Of a DNA stretch of 64,000 nt, positions 58,754 through 64,000 are shown in pieces. Position 1 is the first letter of the stretch, and each line of letters begins with the position of its first letter. The position numbers and the translations under genes are program-made. The notes under the pieces were generated by a model that did no database searches, was not told the DNA's origin, and was given only the letters and a program-made list of their open reading frames with translations. Source of the stretch: a virus; the IMG/VR virus record IMGVR_UViG_3300044681_000281, positions 1 to 64,000 of that record, one strand, 5' to 3'.

Positions 58754-59697
58754 TGGCAAGTCAAATAGATTTAATATCCGATAAGTTTAGAGATGAGGCG
58801 TTGGCAAGAAACTCATACAAAACAGATAATAGGTACGATTCAAACCATGTAAACGCAATCTCTAACGGAGATGAAAAAGGTAAAGGTGAGAATGGTTCCT
58901 ATGTTGGTTCTTCTGTGGATATCAATAATCGAATTGACTCCATGGGTAGAAATAAATACGGACCTGATTTTGGTTATGGTGTTGAGAACCCCAATGCGGT
59001 TTCTGATGGTGACGAATACGGAAGAGGTGAAAATATGGGTCAGATTGGGACATTTACCGATCTCAACCAAAGAAGAGAACACCTACTAAGAAATGAGTAT
59101 AACGAAAATAATGGGTATGGTGTAAATCATCCAAACGCATTGTCAGATGGTGATGAAGAAGGAAAGGGCGAAAACAATGGAAAAGTCGGAGGTTTAACCG
59201 ACATCAACACTCGAATTGACAACGTGGGTAGAAACTTTTACAATCCTCAAAATGGTTATGGAGTAACCCATCCAAATGCATTATCTGATGGTGATGAAAA
59301 AGGTAAAGGCGAAAACAGTCAAAGTATTGGTTCACTAACAGATATTAATACAAGAATAGATAGTCTTAATAGAAATATCTATAAAGAGAATAGTGGATAT
59401 GGGGTGAACCACCCTAATGCACTCTCAAGTGGAGACGAACCTGGTAAGGGAGAACTTAGTGGTCAGGTTGGTGGATTAACCGACATTAATTCAAGGACTG
59501 ACAACCAAAGTAGAAACATATATACACCGACAAATGGCTATGGTGTTGTTCACCCAAATGCAATCTCCGATGGAGATGAAAAAGGAAGAGGTGAGGGTAC
59601 CGCCAAAAAAGTGGGTACACGAACCGATATAAATGAACGCAATCAACACATTGGTAGGAACCAATATAGTTCTAATCAAGGATATCCCGACTTTTAA
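58753..59697 (+). CDS. Tandem-repeat protein (six 47-48-aa units plus a partial unit)
   Basis: Unit consensus RNxYxxxNGYGVxHPNA[LI]SDGDExG[KR]GExxxx[VI]GxxTDINxRxDxxx. Confidence 0.85.
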   Translation: MASQIDLISDKFRDEALARNSYKTDNRYDSNHVNAISNGDEKGKGENGSYVGSSVDINNRIDSMGRNKYGPDFGYGVENPNAVSDGDEYGRGENMGQIGTFTDLNQRREHLLRNEYNENNGYGVNHPNALSDGDEEGKGENNGKVGGLTDINTRIDNVGRNFYNPQNGYGVTHPNALSDGDEKGKGENSQSIGSLTDINTRIDSLNRNIYKENSGYGVNHPNALSSGDEPGKGELSGQVGGLTDINSRTDNQSRNIYTPTNGYGVVHPNAISDGDEKGRGEGTAKKVGTRTDINERNQHIGRNQYSSNQGYPDF

Positions 59698-60377
59698 TGA
59701 AACTTTTAAAGGACATATATAACTTTTTATTAGGTGAACAATCTGAACCTAAATTGGCGAGTAGACCAAGATCTCTTGCGGATGCGATAAAAAAGAGACA
59801 CCCTGTTAGTTTTTTTTATAACGGACCAAGAGGAAAGGTACAAGCGGGAAGAAGAGTAAAAGCGGAAATGGTTGCTTTAGGTCTTTCTAAAAAAGGTAAT
59901 ATGATCGTAAGAGCGTGGGTTGAACCACCATCCAGATCTAAGACCGGTTTTGAAAAGGGTCATTGGAGAACTTTTATGGTGGGTAGAATGAATCAAATCG
60001 AAATATTTGATCAGGAGACCTTTGACCAAAAACGTCCAGGATACAAAGAAGGTGATGATAACTCAATGACTGTTACTTACGTTACACCTGATTGGTCATC
60101 GACTCCATCACCACAACAACCTGAAACACAACCACAAGAACCAACCCCACAAGAACCTACCCAACCTGAACCTCAGGACACAACACCCACTGAACCTGAA
60201 CAGTCAATCGAACCTCAGAGTGTGGATTTACCACAACCTGAACCTGAAAATACTCCAAGTATTGAACCACCACAAGTGGATGATAATGAGGATGATGACG
60301 AAACAGAGGATGAACCAAATAATAGTGAGGAGTTAAATGAAACCCTCAAAAGAATAAAGGAATTACTTTATTATTAA
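59697..60377 (+). CDS. Stand-alone WYL-like domain protein with a Pro/Glu/Gln-rich tail
   Basis: AIKKRHPVSFFY...GRRVKAEMVALG...VRAW...WRTFMVGRMNQIEI follows the WYL SH3-like pattern. No HTH. Ends LNETLKRIKELLYY. Confidence 0.68.
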   Translation: MKLLKDIYNFLLGEQSEPKLASRPRSLADAIKKRHPVSFFYNGPRGKVQAGRRVKAEMVALGLSKKGNMIVRAWVEPPSRSKTGFEKGHWRTFMVGRMNQIEIFDQETFDQKRPGYKEGDDNSMTVTYVTPDWSSTPSPQQPETQPQEPTPQEPTQPEPQDTTPTEPEQSIEPQSVDLPQPEPENTPSIEPPQVDDNEDDDETEDEPNNSEELNETLKRIKELLYY

Positions 60378-60413
60378 GAAATAATTTTTTATATTTTATA
60401 AAGTTTAAACAAT

Positions 60414-61019
60414 ATGTCACAGCAAGGTACAGGAACTATTAACGAGAACGATTTAATGAAAAAACTCGTCAACGCAAAGAAAGTAATGAATGCGGTTGAC
60501 GGAGGTAATTATACTACGGGTAATATTAACCCCGCATCCATTATGGAATCACCAGATGAATTAATGTCGTCGAATTCGCCCATTAAACCAAGATCAGTAT
60601 CCACACCTGTTGTGAACGAAGATAGAATTAAAAACTCTAAATTACCCGACTCAATTAAACAGGCAATGATTAACAACCCAATCCCTACAATGGAACAAAT
60701 TTCTTTAAGTGATGGGTTGGATATGAATTTTATTGAAGGTGCTAAGAAGTTAATGGAAAGGGAGGGTTTATCAAAACCCCAACCCGCAACAGTGTCATTA
60801 CCAAAACAGGTTTCTATTCCAACATCGTCATATTCAAATGATGATCTTAAGTCCTTAATTAAAGAAACAATAAAGGATACCTTAGAGGAGATTGTGGAAA
60901 GGAAATTAAATTTAATCCTCACCGCACAACAAACCGCATCAATCAACGAAAATCTCGTACTAAAAGTGGGTGATTCCGTATTCAAAGGAAAGATTACTGG
61001 CGTAAATAAAGCCAAGTAA
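60414..61019 (+). CDS. Hypothetical protein
   Basis: 201 aa; contains IKNSKLPDSIKQAMINNPI and a C-terminal LVLKVGDSVFKGKI. Confidence 0.65.
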   Translation: MSQQGTGTINENDLMKKLVNAKKVMNAVDGGNYTTGNINPASIMESPDELMSSNSPIKPRSVSTPVVNEDRIKNSKLPDSIKQAMINNPIPTMEQISLSDGLDMNFIEGAKKLMEREGLSKPQPATVSLPKQVSIPTSSYSNDDLKSLIKETIKDTLEEIVERKLNLILTAQQTASINENLVLKVGDSVFKGKITGVNKAK

Positions 61020-61022
61020 GGA

Positions 61023-61054
61023 TTGATTTCATCACTTTTTTTTCTTATATTTTG
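61023..61054 (+). promoter_or_regulatory. Bacteroidota-type promoter TTG-N20-TATATTTTG for the glycosyltransferase-to-phoH block
   Basis: Near-consensus, with the same 20-nt spacing as the polB promoter. Confidence 0.55.
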
Positions 61055-61071
61055 ATATATAACAAAAATAT

Positions 61072-62301
61072 ATGTCAAAAGTTAGAGTACTTGCCGTTCC
61101 GTCCGATTCGCACGGTGTCGGTAAATTCAGAATGATAGATCCATTTACCTACATTGGAGATAATTTCTCAGACGAGGTACATGTTGATATCGTTTTTGAT
61201 GTACCTAATGAAGATTCCTATTTCCACAACTACGATATTGTGGTCTTCCATTCTTTCATACATAAATTAAGTCACGAAGAAAATATCGAAAGAATTAAGT
61301 GGTTAAAAACGAATGGAATTAAGGTTGTAGTAGATACCGACGACTTTTGGAAAATTGATCATCGTCACCCCAATTACGAGACATTTAAAAAAATCGAGTT
61401 ACCAAGAAGAAGGGCGGAACTAATTAAGTTGGCCGATTATGTGACAACTACAACCGAAGTTTATTCGAACACAATTAAAACTCTTCTAAATAGAAGTAAT
61501 GTTTTTGTCTTCCCCAATGCAGTTAACGAAAAAGAATCTCAGTTTCAACCCAAACCAATTAAATCGGATAAAATTAGGTTCGGTTGGTTAGGGGGATCCT
61601 CTCATTATCATGATTTGGATCTTATTAGAGGGGGGATAAATTTGATTCAAAATCAGTATCCTGATAAGTCTCAATTTGTTCTATGTGGTTTTGATCTTAG
61701 AGGTAATATGAGAGAGATTAATAAAATTACCGGTGAGATAAAAGAAAGACCAATTAGACCCGAAGAAACCGTATGGGTTAAATACGAGGAGATTTTTACA
61801 CAAAATTACAGATCTTTAGACACTGATTATATTAATCACCTAAAGTCATTCACCCCAAACCCACATCCCGACGAACTTAATAAACCATATGTTCGTAGAT
61901 GGACTATGGATATTAACAAATATGCAACTAACTACAACTATTTTGATGTTTCATTGGCACCATTAGTGAATAGTGATTTCAATAAAAATAAATCACAGTT
62001 AAAGGTTATTGAGGCGGGGTTCCATAAAAAGGCAATAATCGCCACGGCGGAAAATCCTTACCTATTAGATTTGGTTAGTGGGTATGAAAATGGTAAATTC
62101 ACAGATAATGGAAATGGTCTTTTAGTGCAATCATCTAAAAACCATAAACAGTGGCATCAACACATGAAAAGATTAATTGATAATCCTTCATTAATTGAAG
62201 ATTTGGGTAATCGATTATATGAAACGGTAAAAGACAAGTATTCCCTCTCTACCGTTTCCAAAAATAGAGTGGAATTCTTAAAATCAATCATTAATAATTA
62301 A
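61072..62301 (+). CDS. Glycosyltransferase (GT-B fold, GT4-like)
   Basis: GVGKFRMIDP, VVVDTDDFW, ADYVTTTT, FPNAV, FGWLGGSSHYHDL, DVSLAPL..SDFNKNKSQLKVIEAG, NGLLV. Confidence 0.85.
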   Translation: MSKVRVLAVPSDSHGVGKFRMIDPFTYIGDNFSDEVHVDIVFDVPNEDSYFHNYDIVVFHSFIHKLSHEENIERIKWLKTNGIKVVVDTDDFWKIDHRHPNYETFKKIELPRRRAELIKLADYVTTTTEVYSNTIKTLLNRSNVFVFPNAVNEKESQFQPKPIKSDKIRFGWLGGSSHYHDLDLIRGGINLIQNQYPDKSQFVLCGFDLRGNMREINKITGEIKERPIRPEETVWVKYEEIFTQNYRSLDTDYINHLKSFTPNPHPDELNKPYVRRWTMDINKYATNYNYFDVSLAPLVNSDFNKNKSQLKVIEAGFHKKAIIATAENPYLLDLVSGYENGKFTDNGNGLLVQSSKNHKQWHQHMKRLIDNPSLIEDLGNRLYETVKDKYSLSTVSKNRVEFLKSIINN

Positions 62302-62312
62302 AACAAAAAGTT

Positions 62313-62546
62313 ATGTATTATTTAGCAACCGTAGGTTATGAATTGGAACAATTGGATAGAGCAGGTAATCCAAGGGTTCAGAAAGTTAAGTATGTTGTCG
62401 AAGCAGAATCTGTTGAAGAGGCAACGATCGTCCTATCTAGATATCGTGCGGAGGACATGAGGTCAAGCGAAAGTATTTCAATTGCGAAAATGCCAATTGA
62501 GTGTGTACTTGATTCTAAGATCACTCCCGAATATTATAAAGGTTAA
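62313..62546 (+). CDS. Small protein resembling one DUF4494-like domain
   Basis: Y.ATVGYE...G..RVQKVKYVVEAESVEEA pattern. Confidence 0.5.
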   Translation: MYYLATVGYELEQLDRAGNPRVQKVKYVVEAESVEEATIVLSRYRAEDMRSSESISIAKMPIECVLDSKITPEYYKG

Positions 62547-62551
62547 TTATC

Positions 62552-63112
62552 ATGTTAAATAAAGAACAAATAGAAAAAAATAAATCGAAGTTACTTGAGA
62601 CCTCAGAAAAGTATGGGGTCTTAAGTGATTCTCTTTTAGAATTTTTAGGTGACGATCTGTTTGTTGCTCCCGCATCTACTTCGTTAGATATGTACGGTGC
62701 ATATCCAGGTGGTTTGGTTGAACACATCTTTGTTGCATCTAAATACGCGGTGAAGGTCAACAGTCTATTACCTGAGAAACTCCAACAGGACGTTTCATCA
62801 ATCCTAAAATGTACCATTCTCTCTCAGATTGGTAAGGTGTTCTTATTTGTACCTAACGAAAGTGAGTGGCATAGGAATAAATTAGGTAAGATGTACGAAT
62901 TTAATGATCAGTTAGTTTCAATGAAGGTGGGTGAAAGGTCCACATACTACTGTTCAAAATATGGAGTACAATTAAACGAGGAGGAGTATCAAACAATACT
63001 TAACTCTGATAAAGGAGATGATGACTTACAAGCTAAGTATCATTCGACACCATTAGCCCAAGTTGTAAAACAAGGGTTTGAGTTAGCGATTTTTGAACAG
63101 AAACATGGATGA
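62552..63112 (+). CDS. HD-domain-like protein with degenerate metal ligands
   Basis: APAS...GAYPGGLVEH and TILSQIGK align with PAS..HHAY.GGL.EH and ALLHDIGK of YhaM-like HD hydrolases. Confidence 0.68.
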   Translation: MLNKEQIEKNKSKLLETSEKYGVLSDSLLEFLGDDLFVAPASTSLDMYGAYPGGLVEHIFVASKYAVKVNSLLPEKLQQDVSSILKCTILSQIGKVFLFVPNESEWHRNKLGKMYEFNDQLVSMKVGERSTYYCSKYGVQLNEEEYQTILNSDKGDDDLQAKYHSTPLAQVVKQGFELAIFEQKHG

Positions 63113-63713
63113 GAGAACAATAAAAGAATATATTGAAAAATTAGAATCTTTTGAGAAAACATTGTCTGAAAATGAGGACTCTGTTGACGAATCTTACATT
63201 GGTGAAATTGAGTCAGTTTTAAGACAACTATCTTTAGATGCGTCAAATGAGGTTGGTGAGTATCAACCTCAAACTTTTTCTCAGGAGTTTATTTGTAGAC
63301 TGAAACGAACCCACCCTGATGCGGTAGTACCAACTTATTCTAAAGATGGTGATGCGGGAATGGACATCACCGCGGTAAGTATCGTTACAAATACACCAAC
63401 CCAAGTAACCTACGGAACAGGAATATCCGTTGAGATACCAAAAAATTACGTGGGTTTGGTTTTTCCAAGATCATCGATTAGAAAATACGAATTAGAACTA
63501 AGTAATTCCGTTGGAGTAATCGACAGTGGGTATCGTGGGGAAATACAGGCAACATTTAATAAAACAAATGGTTTAGATTCAATCATTTACAATGTGGGTG
63601 ATAGAATTTGCCAAATAATGATTATACCATATCCAAAAATCACTTTTCATGAGGTTGATGAATTATCTGACACAGAAAGAGGTGAAGGTGGTTTTGGGTC
63701 TACAGGTGAATAA
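63105..63713 (+). CDS. dut: Trimeric dUTPase with an acidic N-terminal extension
   Basis: GDAGMD, FPRSS, GVIDSGYRGEI, GDRICQ, RGEGGFGSTG. Likely ATG at 63105. Confidence 0.95.
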   Translation: MDERTIKEYIEKLESFEKTLSENEDSVDESYIGEIESVLRQLSLDASNEVGEYQPQTFSQEFICRLKRTHPDAVVPTYSKDGDAGMDITAVSIVTNTPTQVTYGTGISVEIPKNYVGLVFPRSSIRKYELELSNSVGVIDSGYRGEIQATFNKTNGLDSIIYNVGDRICQIMIIPYPKITFHEVDELSDTERGEGGFGSTGE

Positions 63714-63736
63714 ATTTATAATACACAAAAATATTA

Positions 63737-64000
63737 ATGGCCCAAAGAAGGACTACAGAACGAAGACAAACTCATAAGGAAAGAATTAGAGAGATCTTTA
63801 AAAAACCGAGAGAAAAGTTTTTAACCGAATCCCAAAAAGAATATTGGGATGTCTTAGATAAGAACGAAATAACACTATGTTTTGGACCCGCAGGTGTGGG
63901 TAAATCATATATCGCAATGAAAAAGGCGGTTGATTTACTTCATGATGACGACAACAAATATGAAAAAATTATAATTGTTCGTCCGGCGGTGGAAGCCGAA
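63737..64000 (+). CDS. phoH: PhoH-family ATPase (partial)
   Basis: My translation: ...TESQKEYWDVLDKNEITLCFGPAGVGKSYIA...KIIIVRPAVEAE. Runs off the window end. Confidence 0.92.
   Translation, partial: MAQRRTTERRQTHKERIREIFKKPREKFLTESQKEYWDVLDKNEITLCFGPAGVGKSYIAMKKAVDLLHDDDNKYEKIIIVRPAVEAE

Noticed and set aside
58807-59690. 141-bp periodic repeats as a possible CRISPR array
   Set aside because: Units vary at synonymous positions, keep the reading frame, and lack identical repeats with unique spacers. No cas genes are present. It is a protein repeat.
60509-61078. 189-aa minus-strand ORF and other short antisense ORFs in the track
   Set aside because: They overlap better-supported genes on the opposite strand and have no recognisable motifs.
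1-64000. Stop-codon reassignment as seen in some large phages
   Set aside because: Core genes are full length in the standard code, and TAG (e.g. polB, the 3308 ORF) and TGA (e.g. recA) serve as real stops.

Overview
This window is 64 kb of a large, AT-rich, T4-like contractile-tailed (myo/jumbo-type) phage genome read in the standard genetic code. The host is most likely a Bacteroidota, judged from the TTG-N20-TAnnTTTG promoters, the lack of Shine-Dalgarno sequences and the SSB tail DDDLPF. From 1 to about 42.3 kb the minus strand carries baseplate and tail genes: gp7-, gp6-, gp25-, gp53- and gp27-like proteins, tube initiator, tape measure, chaperone, tube, sheath, tail terminator and neck. 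A replication block is embedded in this stretch (nrdA, nrdB, DnaB-like helicase, 5'-3' exonuclease, RecA, gp32-like SSB). Next come a SNF2 helicase, a PD-(D/E)xK-like nuclease, a neck protein and a family B DNA polymerase. At 49.3-57.5 kb there is a fibre/appendage cluster with very long Pro-Thr stalks and a trypsin-like protease. At 57.5-60.4 kb there is a translationally coupled late operon (DUF3008-like protein, unknown protein, 47-aa repeat protein, stand-alone WYL-like protein). The window ends with a glycosyltransferase, a degenerate HD protein, dUTPase and partial PhoH. Signals missing from the ORF track: a probable +1/-2 programmed frameshift in the tail chaperone; a promoter-to-terminator antisense small RNA between sheath and tube; an 80-nt multi-stem RNA upstream of recA; a TATTTAT late-promoter-like motif before 16 genes; a 52-aa RHH regulator; and a 37-bp exact repeat shared by two Pro-Thr linkers. 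All protein calls come from motif recognition by eye, and no searches were run.
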